Origin: an uncultured Pseudomonadota bacterium
Lineage (GTDB): Bacteria > Oederibacteriota > Muellerivitia > Muellerivitales > Muellerivitaceae
Assembly (NCBI GenBank): GCA_963843375.1
Contig: CAWJKT010000004.1
Coordinates: forward strand, 224,001 to 288,000
Direction: 5' to 3'
Length of the DNA: 64,000 nucleotides
Position numbers and translations under genes: made by a program
The notes under the pieces: generated by a model
The model's input: only the letters and a program-made list of their open reading frames with translations
Databases searched by the model: none
Told to the model about the DNA's origin: nothing
Shown: positions 37,601 to 48,186 of the stretch, piece by piece
How the letters are laid out: every line of letters starts with the position of its first letter
Numbering within the stretch: the stretch's first letter is position 1

Positions 37601-38663
37601 CGGCGCGAACGGCTGTTCGTCTTTCTATAACGGTTCTGCCAACGGCTCCGGAACGGATAATACCTTTAACCATGAAGGGACGGGTGACACGGATTCCACC
37701 ACCAGCATGGCCGCTTCCTGTTTCAACATTTTTCAATATCCCCTTCCGGTGGAAGTAGTCAACTCATCCGGGCGTCCTTGGGCGTTGAATCAAGGGAACT
37801 ACCCTCCCCAATGGAATATCGCCCCCTATTCCACCCATAACACGCTGACCGTTCCAGAGGTCAACGGGACGTCACGCGTTTTTTATACCACCTCCGCGGG
37901 TTCACCCTGGACTGGCACGGGTGTGGTCCAGATCACGAATCCCAACGGCCTCGCCAATGGAGAGCCCGTCACCCAGGTCGCCTATGTGGTGGAATCGGGA
38001 TTGTCCATTTCCGCCCAAGTGGGGACCTCCGATCTGGGTGAAACGGCATTGGTGGCCCTACTCAGGACCTTTTTGGACGGGGGAAATTACGCGAGCCCCG
38101 GCCATATCACCCAAGTTCCCCTAATCGAATGTTATGTCGACAGCCCCACCAACCAGTATTACCAGCCCTCCGTTATCAACGTGATCGTGGATGGGGCTGT
38201 GACGACGGGGACCGCCACTTCGGTCACTCTCGTCGGCGGCGCTGTTACAACGCTCAGTACCGGGCCCACCAACAACATTTGGTACCGTTATCCGGGGCTC
38301 ACGTCCAGCACCGCCAATTTTTACACCGAGGAATATCCCGGTTATCCCACCCTTGCCAGCAGTACCTATGTCGAAACCGGCGGTAGCGGCACAACTCCCA
38401 TCAATCTGGACATGAACTTCAAGTATTCCACGGACAGCGGGAATACATGGTTGTTCATGAATAATAACGGACCAGCCACCTTCGGTGTCTTGGATTCCAG
38501 CGCCGACGGCAATTTGTACACCAGTAATAGTTTTCCCTACAGTTTCGCCTGGAACGTGAATAGCTTCCCCCAGGGGAATTATGAAATCATGGTGGAAGCT
38601 TACCGGCAAAATATGCCCCTGGATTACGCCTACCATATTCTTACGGTCACAATCGACCAATGA
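34629..38663 (+). CDS. giant (1344 aa) type IV prepilin-motif protein: PilV-like N-terminus plus a large extracellular region
   Basis: QAG|FNLVELMIAVGILAGL N-methylation motif; AYATQKAIQMFEELK helix; C-terminal Ig-like segment FAWNVNSFPQGNYEIMVEAY. Confidence 0.8.
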   Translation: MSVKKLSQAGFNLVELMIAVGILAGLSSAVMMARSYMAKQTVSTNDKAYATQKAIQMFEELKALVNGSENSVNVLDNYSDGTNYNPILTTDTTVNNGVTANAGNALSGNKPTQGGAWRYLRQIQVNHVANDAYTRQIIIKVWLYQSDANPTLPGTLLSEIGGNLRTIASTFPPTQVMDVYVLAINNIAGWWAHEPVLYQTFQSIINDIQGRNPGFAIRPHYITRTSYGRDSQYLPYINIYPYNTDGNNDATGSLVTTSTTIGNMPFVYMYPGYTYEDAADGSVSDCFYDPGQSQDIPLGVCLDGNFDVGGSYDDTSLQFTNCPNYTVADMYNNSMRYPDELAMYQAVTSAASSAVPAVPAQDSVTEISWRMLMEGMLDEPQSFTNALIVNLHGELCPLPPMRNYSDPAKDPGSLDNANDTNIRVVTHPQMLYYPGNSTTSANVGVTLNVYAYYDGMDAAVSLDSLYSPVNDPKTNISLFFPDLNTGASILGVTAIIGNSSQASTVAPATGPVTYQYDAFTIPTGGSGSTPGIYNGSLADGTNITGQGPVSVGVSYVGANKQMLITLYNTRLRCPSGPSTSVAANGATIGGLNIFDRLYGLEYIPCSPDMSSLTSPVTFTKQDLTDPAANGTPKNTARWLVSLSVPVTSGFPFVTAATPLTIQNASGIPQIYDKPVTFIGQHTIETRIGAAVTSNGAPSNLSRTYLWTGWSAVADEGSSYVTTGTFPPTTEQYQFLGDPRHEPYLDVKVGGINNGQAVVIQKNGYNWYFKDGARPTTGVPVANSVGMNNDGYVSFGIAGDTSGSLQNGPGTRYGGWWGADGNFVDLPRFHSMVMNGLLNATGVWTTMNGWTYYYYGMGGEFGSDQPPFQNGITINASLYSTTANAAVDYVSEIIPYTDGGAASITSLHLPANTQQTWYAKTWLGELYPDSMYTAWSFYGNLPSANIGGPSKFTFYREDFGSIPTTLYSGTVTVSYGNGNSLTGFGRQVTNRAGANGCSSFYNGSANGSGTDNTFNHEGTGDTDSTTSMAASCFNIFQYPLPVEVVNSSGRPWALNQGNYPPQWNIAPYSTHNTLTVPEVNGTSRVFYTTSAGSPWTGTGVVQITNPNGLANGEPVTQVAYVVESGLSISAQVGTSDLGETALVALLRTFLDGGNYASPGHITQVPLIECYVDSPTNQYYQPSVINVIVDGAVTTGTATSVTLVGGAVTTLSTGPTNNIWYRYPGLTSSTANFYTEEYPGYPTLASSTYVETGGSGTTPINLDMNFKYSTDSGNTWLFMNNNGPATFGVLDSSADGNLYTSNSFPYSFAWNVNSFPQGNYEIMVEAYRQNMPLDYAYHILTVTIDQ

Positions 38664-39856
38664 GGCCCGGCATGGAACAACCCTTTAACCTCTACTCGCC
38701 CCCTAGGAGCCACTCCCAGCATTCCAATGAGAAAGGATTTACCCTGATCGAGCTAATGATCGTGACGGCTTTGATCGCTATTATCACCCCGGCGATTACC
38801 TATCTTTTCAGCAAGGTCAGTCAAGGCATGGCCGCCGATGAAATGCATCTCCAACTGCAAGCTTTGAACGAACAGACCATGTTGCGCATGCACGAAAAGC
38901 TGATCACCGGCCGCCACCTATTCCAAAATGATTCCTCGGGTGCTTCCTTTTTAGGGGCTGTGACCGCGGGCATGTCGGCCAACACTCTCGCTCAATATCC
39001 GATTCTTCCCGGAACCAAACTGGCCACGGACTTTCCGGCCAGCATCACCACCTCCTTTTCCCCATCCACTGTGGTCGCGCCTTATTTCGGCAACAGTATC
39101 CTGGTCGGGGGCTACGATACGCCCCAGACATTCGGTACCTTGATTTATAACGCCCCAGCCACGGCCTACTACACCACGACCGGCAACAGCTATGTGACTT
39201 ACGGGGCCGCCAATGGGAGCGGGCCAGCCACACAGATCATTGACCTTTACCGTTTTACCTACTATTACTTGACCGCCAATAACCCCAGAGGCCTGCGCAA
39301 CACGGCCAGTTATGGGCTGGTGGAATGGCAGAGTGTCCAATATGCGGACTATAACGAGATCAATGAATTGTTGTCCATTGATCCGGTTCTTTGCTCAAAT
39401 GTCATCACCTGGCTGGAAACCCCCGGCAACGTCTCGCCCAATGACCCCACCTACGCGGTCACTTGGGCCTGGGATCCTACTCAATACAGCCCTGCGCCCA
39501 CTTCCACGACGGCCGGTTTTTACACCTTCAGCGGCGGCGTAGCCAGTCCGGTCTGGCCCGTGGCCATCCAGGAAGGCTATGTCACCTATCTGACCCATGT
39601 TTCCTCCGGGCTTTTGAGCAACGGCTTTTTTTATGGGATCAGCCCCAACAGTTCCATTTGGCAAGGCGTCCCGAAAGCGGTCCCTGAATACGCAAATGCG
39701 TCCGGAAGTTTCCCCGGTGGGTTCGAAACGGGGATATCCGGAAACGCCGCCGGAACAGAAGTGATGATCCGGTCTCTCCTTGTGGCTCAGGGCGCCGCTC
39801 CCCGGGTTGTCTGGAACGATCAGACGATGGTCAACAACGTCCGAGATGTTTGGTAA
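38660..39856 (+). CDS. type IV prepilin-motif protein (PilW/GspJ-like, 398 aa)
   Basis: EKG|FTLIELMIVTALIAII; overlaps the upstream stop (ATGA). Confidence 0.82.
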   Translation: MRPGMEQPFNLYSPPRSHSQHSNEKGFTLIELMIVTALIAIITPAITYLFSKVSQGMAADEMHLQLQALNEQTMLRMHEKLITGRHLFQNDSSGASFLGAVTAGMSANTLAQYPILPGTKLATDFPASITTSFSPSTVVAPYFGNSILVGGYDTPQTFGTLIYNAPATAYYTTTGNSYVTYGAANGSGPATQIIDLYRFTYYYLTANNPRGLRNTASYGLVEWQSVQYADYNEINELLSIDPVLCSNVITWLETPGNVSPNDPTYAVTWAWDPTQYSPAPTSTTAGFYTFSGGVASPVWPVAIQEGYVTYLTHVSSGLLSNGFFYGISPNSSIWQGVPKAVPEYANASGSFPGGFETGISGNAAGTEVMIRSLLVAQGAAPRVVWNDQTMVNNVRDVW

Positions 39857-40155
39857 GGGGGAAGTGAAAACTCCAAAAGAAAGTTGAAAAAATAGCTGTA
39901 AAACCATGAATGGTTGGAAGTTGTTCATCTCTGGGCTTGTTACTTGAAAGTAACGGCCAAAATCAAATAATCGGATGGCGATAATGCTTTGGTTTCGGGT
40001 GAACAGCCTGAGATTGGGCATTGGCCCCTCTCGTCCCGGCTAGGGCTGGACCCCGCGCTAATTAATATATTAAAGATAAAATCTACATACGAAGGGCGCA
40101 CCACGCGCAAAACCCTTTTCTTGATTACCCTTAAAAATAAGGATATTCTTAACCG

Positions 40156-43100
40156 ATGGATTCAAAACTAATGGAAAAACTTCTCCTCAATCCTAACCGT
40201 TTAACCTTCTTTTCTATCTTTACGCTGTTAGCTTTCCTTCTGTTTCCTTTTCAAGCCTTAGCTACCGATACTTTTAATTTTGTGGTTCCTCCCACCTCTG
40301 CTTATGCGGGAGTGACCTATCAGGTAAACAGCGCGGTGACCTTCAACGTCCAGGCTCTGAACGGCGCGTCTGTGGATAATTCGTTCAACGACGTGGTGAC
40401 GGTGGGGCTCTACAACACCGCCACGAGCCAGTTGGCCGATCCCCAGGCTGTTTTTGTCCCTAGTGGTTATGCGCCCGTCGTCGGTGCGACCGCTCCCATG
40501 ACATTCCAAAATGGCCTTTTGAATTTCGGCGTCACCCTGACCGCCGGGTGCAATTCCATGCAGGTCAGCATCCAGGACGCCTCCGTCACCGCCTCTACCG
40601 CCACTTATCCCGGAGCTATCGGGAACACCTCGGGACCGGGATACGTGGTGGAGGGCTTTTTCCAATCCTATTTTCTCGCAGCCTCGAGTGGAACTACCAT
40701 CCCCGCCCAATATCCACCCAACACGGATCTGCTCCTGACCAGCCCGGTGACCAATTCCAATTACGCGGTAACCGTCATCTCGGGCAGCAGCGTCACCAAT
40801 TCTCTTTGTTTCGCCGTGACAGGGGTGACAGGGGGATATGCGGGGTTGAACGCTGGGGTAGCGGCACATTTTGAGGCTTTCAAGGACGTAAACGCCACCG
40901 CCGCAGTCAGCTATGAAGTGATACTGGATTACAACGGCACCCTGGCGGATTACAACAACCCGGACCTAACCCCGGGGGACCCCAACGAAGACACGGTTTA
41001 TTTCGGGTCAGTTCCCAACATCGCGGAAAGTTATAGCCTCGTCTCCGGATTTTCCTCTACTACTGGTGCTGCCCCCGCCACCTACATGAACAACGGCCAG
41101 GTGATCGTGCGCTTTTGGACCAGCGCCCCAGTCACCAACACGGTCAACCTCCAATGGTCCTCCAACGAGGGTATTCTTTCCTATATCAACGTTCCTTATT
41201 CCAATAGCAACGTCCAACCGGTGACGGCCGGCATGAGCCCCTCCATCATCGAGGACAGCGTCTCCACCCCCGTGACCTACACCATCAACAACCAATATTC
41301 CCTGCCCATCACTTACCTGACCATTCAAATACCCACGAACAATCCCTCGGGTTCAGGAACACCCTTTAGCGTCAGCGTGCCCAGCTCCGTTCCCGGCCTT
41401 CCCGGCAGCAGCCTGGGCGTTTCCCAAGCCACCAACACAACCACCGGGGCCATCACATTGATTTCCGCTTCGAACCCGATCACTGTCAACCAAGTGGTTC
41501 AGATTCCTTTAACCATCACCTGTTCTAGTCAAACCAACAGCGCCTGGGACTTTCCCCTCCTGTCGGTTTTGTCCAACACGGGCCTAGCCGTGCCCTCTGT
41601 TTCGGGCGGGGCGGTCATTGCCTCCGAGGCCCCGCCTCCGGCGCCTTCGTCCTTTACGGCTTCGGTGATCCCCTACATCAACAGCGGCGGGGGAAGCGTG
41701 AGTCTCAACTGGAGCCAGGTGACGGCCCAGACCAACCTGGGTTACGTCCTCAGCCGCAGTCCAACCCCTGCGACAGGGGCCTTTTCTGCTTCCGTCACAC
41801 TTCCCAACGGAACAATTGTCCCCAACGCGGTGACCTTCACCCCCAATACCACCCTGGGTTACATTGACTCTGCGGTGACCAACCTGACGGCTTACACCTA
41901 CAATCTTACGGCTTATAACGCAGTGGCCCAATCGACGCCGGTCACTACCGCCTCCGCCACGCCTTACGCCAATCCCGGACCGCCCTCCAGTGTTCAAGCC
42001 TTGACCGGAGGAACCACTATTGAACTCAATTGGGCGACACCTGTTGCCGTGCCTGGCTCTTATCCCGTGACGGGATACCAAATTTACCGGGGAACCTCTT
42101 CGGGGGGGAAAGCGGGACTCCCATCGCCCAAGTGGGGCTAGTGACCACTTTCAAGGATACGACCGTCAGTGCGGGGACGAATTATTATTATTATCTTTCC
42201 AGCATGGACAATCTTTACAGCGGTGGAGCGCCACTGGGCGCCCACGACAGCGGGCCTTCTTCTGAAGTCTCCGGTTATCCCAACGGCTGGCCCCCCACGG
42301 GACTCATCTCCAACCTGGTTTCACCCAGCCCGGCCACCATCGGTCTGAGTTGGACGGCACCTAGTTCAACACTGGTTTTGAACCAACCGATAGAGAATTA
42401 TCTGATTTATAAGGCACTGGCCCCTGGTGCCCCGGTTTATTATGCTTCGGTCGGCAGCAATGCCACGACCTTCGCGGATAGCACGGGCTTAGTGCAGGGC
42501 GACAGTTATATCTATCAAGTGGCGGCGATAGACAGCCAAGGGGTGACCTCCAACCTTTCAGGACCTGTCACTGAATCGGACGGGGCCTCGGCTCCCACGG
42601 GCCTCACCGCATCCCCCTCCGGAAGCGGCATCACTCTTACTTGGTCGGCCAACCCGGTAGCCCAAGGGGTCACCCAATACGGGGTCTACCAAAACGGAGT
42701 TTCCATTGGAAGTACGGCTGGTGTCAGTTTTCTGGTTTCGGCCGCGACCGCCGTCCAGGGCCAAAATGATATCTATACTTTGAACGCAATCGCACAAGGA
42801 TTTACGTCGCTTTTTTCAGCCCCCGTCACCTCGGCCCTGTTTCCGGTGGGGGAAACAGGCTTTACGGTGGCCTCGGCCTTGAACCCCAATACAACTGTCA
42901 ACCTTAGCTGGGCGACACTGATTGCGGGCAACGCCAACGCGACCGGTTACAATATTTATCGCAACCCTACAAGCAACAGCTACCCCTCAGGGGCCGTGGC
43001 CGTGACTCTGGGTATGGCCGTGACGGCGGCGGGGAACCCGGTGACTTCACTTCAGGACCTGGGACTCTCAGCGGGGACCACTTATTTTTATTTCCTCCAG

Positions 43101-46100
43101 GCCGTTAATCCCTCTGGTGTGGGGCCGGTCACCGAACAAGCCCTTCAAATCCCGCCTAACCCGCCGGGAACTCCTACGGTGACTTCATCCACCAGCGCCG
43201 TGACCCTCACTTGGACGGCCAACAGCGCCAGCCAGAACGTTTCCCAATACACCATCTACCGTTCCCAATTGCCCTCGGGAACACCCGTGGCCGTGGGGAC
43301 GGCTACCCCTGGAACCGCCACCAGTTTCACCGACATCGGCCCCTTGACCCAGGGCGTTAGCTATGTTTACGACCTGACGGCTACAAATCCTGGTGGGGGT
43401 GCGGGCATACCTGGCGGGGTCAGCCAGCCTTCCGCCTCTGTCACATGGGGTTTGTTGCCATTGGCTTCCACGGGCTTGGCGATTACGGGAATTACCCAGT
43501 CCAACAATATCTCCGTCACCTGGACCAACGTGACGACAGCCGACCCCAATGCCAGCGCCGTCTCGATTTTTGTCAATACTAACCACGCATCTCCCAACGG
43601 CGGAACCACTGTTAATATCACGCCAGTTTCAAGCCTGGGCGTTACCGATACGGGCTTCTTGAGCGGTGTCAGCGGGGAAGCGCCGGATACTTCCTATTAT
43701 TACTGGCTCCAGGTGACTGATCCATTTGGGGCGAGCGCCTACGAGGGCCCTGTCACTCAATTGACCTACCCCGGCGCCGTTAATCTGTCGCCGGTAACGC
43801 TGGCTTCGGACGGAGTTTCCCGAATTCTGGAATGGACCACCCTTCCCTCCGACGTGACTGGCTATACGGTCACCCAGGTAGGCGGAGGAGTTACCCTCAC
43901 CCAAGCTTATCCCGCTAGCGCTGCAGGAGCGCCGGTGACCCTGACCCTCGCCACCCAGCCGGGAGTGGCCTATATCTATACCGTTACGGCTACGAACGCC
44001 ACTGGCACGGGCCCGGCCTCTAATTCACAAACCTTCAGTTCACTCCCTTCCTCTCCGGTGAGTGTGACAGCGATTTCGGGCACGAGCAACACGGGAGTCA
44101 CCGTGGTCATTTCCTGGTCGGCCCCGGTTTCCGCTTCCCAAGAAGGGGTCACGGCTTATTCGGTTTACCGGGCCACGGCCTTGGCCGGACCCTACATGGC
44201 AGTGGTTTCGGGGCTCACAGCCCCTCTCACTTATGCCGATTCGGGCGCAGCTGTAACCGGGTTGGGCGTTTATTACTATATCGTCGTGTCGGATGACAAC
44301 ATGGGCCAACAGAGCCCGGTGACGTCTGTCGACGCTGTGCCGGTAACGGCCTTCGCCCTGCCCAACCCGCCTGGGACGCCGAACGACGTTCCCGCCAACA
44401 GTTCCGTTACTTTAACCTGGACCCCGGGTTCGGCCACCACCTATCCGGTTTCCATTTATGACATCAGCCGTGTAAACGCGGGGGTTACCACGGTCATACC
44501 AACCGCCGCAGTGACTTTCGACGACACTACCGTGCTGAATGGAATGACCTATGTCTACTTCCTCCAAACTGTGGATAGCCAGGGCAACCTGAGCCCCGCG
44601 ACCTTGCCCGTGACCGTGACGCCATTAAATACCCCCGGCCCTCCTCAAAACCTGGGCGTTGGGGTGGGGGATCAGGAACTATTATTGACATGGAAAGCGG
44701 GAACGGCTGGAACCCTGCCTATCGGCAGTTACCTCATCTATCCGATTACAATTACGGGCACGGGCCCGATGACCGCTTCCGCCCCGGTTTCCGTCAGTTC
44801 AACCTTGACGGGATATTTGGACACCGGATTAATGGATGGGGTCACTTATAGTTTTTACATGCAATCGGTCGATACGACCGGGGTCACCACGGGTTTGGAT
44901 ATCAGTCCTCCCTCGGCTTTGGTTTCGGGAGTTCCTGTTTCCCTTACCGCAAACCCCCCGAGCAATTTGGCCGCCACCGGGGGTGTCTCCCAAGTAATTC
45001 TCTCCTGGACGGATTCAGTTACGGTAATTGGCGGAACCAATGTCACGGGTTACAACATTTACCGAAGCACCGCACCTAATTTCTCCAGTCCCACGACCTT
45101 GGCGTTCGTATCCGCTCCTGGAGGCGGTGTCACCGCCCAGGCCGTCACCGATACGGGCCTGATTAATGACACAACTTATTACTATTACATGACCGCCTCG
45201 GCCCCTGGAACGGTCAGCGCCGATAGCGCCACTGTGTTCGGTATTCCTGCGGTGCCGCCCGCGGCCCCAGCGACCTTGATCGTCACGGCCGGAAACCAGC
45301 AGGTTCTAATCGATTGGCCTCCATCCTCCCCGGTGGTCGGAGCCCTTCCCGTTTCTTTCTATATAGTCACCATCAACGGTGCTCCGGTTACGGTGCCCGC
45401 GACCCAAACTTGGTATTTGGATTCTGGCTTGACTAATCCGACTCCGGTCACGGTCACAATTCAGGCCATGGATTCTCTGGGGGTTACCACCGGAAACAAC
45501 GCCAGTACGATCGTAGGCCCTCTTTCGGCCACCACCAGCGGCTCGGACTTGAACCCTCCTAACGCCTTGACCGCAGCCGTCACGGGAACGAACTCCATCA
45601 AACTCACCTGGGGGCCCCCCAACGCCGATGGTTATCCCGTCACGGCCTATAACCTCTACCGCGCCACCACTTTCACCACCAGTTTCCTTAGCCCCTTAGC
45701 CACCCTTTCTAATAGTTCTCCTGTTACTTCCTATCTCGATACCAACCTCGCGGCCAATACCACCTACTATTACGTTCTTCAGGCAATGTATTCCTCCGGG
45801 CCCGGCGGGGCTGTCTCGTTGGAAAGCCCTTATTCTAATCACGCTGAAGCGACCACTCCCGCCCCGAGTGCGGCCGTGCCGCCGGTCACCCTGGGAGTGA
45901 TGGCCTTCGATGCCAATGTCTTGAAGCCCCTGACGGGCCAGCAACTAGGGATTTATTTCGTGGCTCCCGAAAGCGGGCCGGTGGAACTGGACATTTATAA
46001 TATTTCGGCCCATCCCATCCGGGCACTTTATGCCACGGCCATCGCAAACATAACTGTTAGTTTGACGTGGGACGGCAAGGACCGTGAGGGTAGTTGGGTC

Positions 46101-46175
46101 GCCTCCGGGGTTTACCTAATTGAAATCAAGGCCCCAGGTCTGCACCAGATCAAGAAAGTGCTGGTGGTTAAGTAA
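40156..46175 (+). CDS. ~2000-aa secreted multi-FN3 protein with a C-terminal FlgD-Ig/T9SS-like domain; -1 frameshift at G7 (42102-42108)
   Basis: Signal peptide ending QALA. About 14 FN3 repeats (P..P..L.A....V.L.W...Y.IYR...D......YYY) span ORFs 40156..42141 and 42030..46175; one FN3 is split exactly at the G run (YRGTSSGG|ESGTPIAQV). C-terminal VELDIYNISAHPIRAL...WDGKDREGSWVASGVYLIEIK...KKVLVVK. Confidence 0.8.
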
Positions 46176-48121
46176 TGATCGAAAAAGAAAGCCCTGAGTC
46201 CTTCTTTTTGAGCCCTCAGTTGCTAAGAATTTTCAATTTCAAAGTTCAAATTGAGAATTCCCTTCGCCGCCTAAATTCCGCCGTCAGTTCCTTCTTGCTC
46301 GCTTCCTGTTTGATATTGGGACTACAGGTGGCGGCACAGGCCCAACAGCTCACCAGTGGCGCGGATTTCCTTACCATCGACAGCGGCGCCCGCAGCGAGG
46401 GCATGGGCGAGGCTTTCACCGCAATGGCCGATGACGTGACGGCCCTCACCTGGAATCCGGCGGGCATTGCGCTTTTAAGCCGCCCCCAAGTGGGCTATCT
46501 CCACCTGCTTTACCTGAACAGTATCGGCTACAATTTCGGCGGGGTGGTAGTGCCCCTTCCCGCGGGCGAAGACACCTTCGGGCTCGGCGCAGGGCTGGTC
46601 AACCTGGGGACCGGCAGTTTCGACAGCACCTTGGGGCTGGCCCCGGCGGTTTCCGCTGGGGATAACGCCTTTTTGCTTTCCCTTGCTTACCGCGTGAAAA
46701 GGATTATTTCCTTCGGGGTGACGGCCAAGTACATCCAGGAAGAGCTAGCCGGGTACAACGCCTCCGCTTTCGCGGGCGACGCGGGCGTGCTTTTCACCCC
46801 CGGTGACCGGGTTAGAATCGGACTGGGAGTATTTGATTTCGGACAAGAAGTCCAGTTTATTTCCGCCGCTGATCCCCTTCCTTTCAGTGGCCGGTTGGGC
46901 TTGGCCTGGAAGATCCTTGACCTTCCCCGTCACACCCTGACGCTGTCCGCCGATAACGGTTGGGAATTTACCACCCAAACCTACACCGGCGCGGCGGGGG
47001 CTGAATATTGGTTCGACCGGATACTGGCTTTGCGGGCGGGGTTCACGGGCGACTCCTACCAACAGCATCCCACCGCCGGCGTGGGAATTAATGTGGACCC
47101 GGTTGAGTTCGATTACGCCTTTTCGCCCCAGGGCACCCTGGGCGACACCCACCGGTTTTCCCTTGTGCTGAGTTTCGGCAATGAGGCTGTGGAAGGATTG
47201 ATAGCGCCCACGGGCTTTAACGCCATTTCGTCGGATGGGTCCATCTCTCTTCATTGGAAGCCCGTTCCTTCCAACTTGGTCGTGGGTTATAACGTCTACG
47301 TCAAAAAGCCCAATACCGATAGCATGTTGCTGGTCACGAAAAGGCCCTTGGGCATCGGTGAATTATCGGTTCGGTTGAACCATCTAGTGAACGGACAAAC
47401 CTATACTTTTGGTTTGGCCTCGGTTAGCGCGGCGGGAAGCGAAAGCTCCCTGGTGACCCTGACGGCGGTGCCAAGCGCGGTGGTGGCGGCAGCGCCCTCA
47501 CCCACTCCCGTTTTCCCGGCACCCACCGGCTTCAAGGCGACCGCCACAGCGGAGGGTTTCAACCTGACTTGGGATAAAGCCCTCTCTTCCGACGTGACGG
47601 GTTTTTATCTTTACCTCGTCGGCGATCCCGGCACGCCGGTTAAAAAAATATCACCCACCCAGATCACGGATAATATCATCATCCTTAAAAAGGTGAATCC
47701 GGACAAAACCTACCAGTTCCTTTTAACCGCCGTGAACAAAGCCGAAACGGAGAGCGCGGCGGCGACCCTCACCGCGAATTTCACCGAATTGAAAAAGGCC
47801 CAACTGGCCGCCCAGTATCCTCCGCCCGCTCACTTAGCCCTTCTGGTGAATGCCGCTAAAGTCACCCTGAGCTGGAATAACGGAGGGGCGGGGATGAAAT
47901 ATAATGTTTACGTTTCCCACGATGGGGTTAGTTACAAGCTTTTGACCCCCACCGGCACCCTCAAGACTCAAGCTGTATTAGGTCCGCTGAAGCCCAGTAC
48001 CGTTTATTATTTTGGTGTTACCGCTTTGTATCCCGATGGTAAGGAAAGCGATAAGTCCCTTCAGCAATTAACCACGCCCGCTCCCGTCGCAAATGAGACC
48101 CCGACCCCCAATCCAGGTTGA
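46175..48121 (+). CDS. PorV/PorQ-family outer-membrane beta-barrel fused to three FN3 domains
   Basis: GADFLTIDSGARSEGMGEAFTAMADDVTALTWNPAG; barrel end FDYAFSPQGTLGDTHRFSL; then 3 FN3 repeats. Translationally coupled (TAATG). Confidence 0.82.
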   Translation: MIEKESPESFFLSPQLLRIFNFKVQIENSLRRLNSAVSSFLLASCLILGLQVAAQAQQLTSGADFLTIDSGARSEGMGEAFTAMADDVTALTWNPAGIALLSRPQVGYLHLLYLNSIGYNFGGVVVPLPAGEDTFGLGAGLVNLGTGSFDSTLGLAPAVSAGDNAFLLSLAYRVKRIISFGVTAKYIQEELAGYNASAFAGDAGVLFTPGDRVRIGLGVFDFGQEVQFISAADPLPFSGRLGLAWKILDLPRHTLTLSADNGWEFTTQTYTGAAGAEYWFDRILALRAGFTGDSYQQHPTAGVGINVDPVEFDYAFSPQGTLGDTHRFSLVLSFGNEAVEGLIAPTGFNAISSDGSISLHWKPVPSNLVVGYNVYVKKPNTDSMLLVTKRPLGIGELSVRLNHLVNGQTYTFGLASVSAAGSESSLVTLTAVPSAVVAAAPSPTPVFPAPTGFKATATAEGFNLTWDKALSSDVTGFYLYLVGDPGTPVKKISPTQITDNIIILKKVNPDKTYQFLLTAVNKAETESAAATLTANFTELKKAQLAAQYPPPAHLALLVNAAKVTLSWNNGGAGMKYNVYVSHDGVSYKLLTPTGTLKTQAVLGPLKPSTVYYFGVTALYPDGKESDKSLQQLTTPAPVANETPTPNPG

Positions 48122-48186
48122 AATCCTTTTTAAACAAGTAACCTTATTCTTTTTTAAATCCTAATATCAGTTACGGAGGTTTGACT

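Noticed and set aside
31521..48121. Pilin/FN3 locus as a mobile genomic island
   Set aside because: No integrase, transposase, tRNA or flanking direct repeats seen. The C-rich composition is explained by Thr/Pro/Ser/Ala codons.
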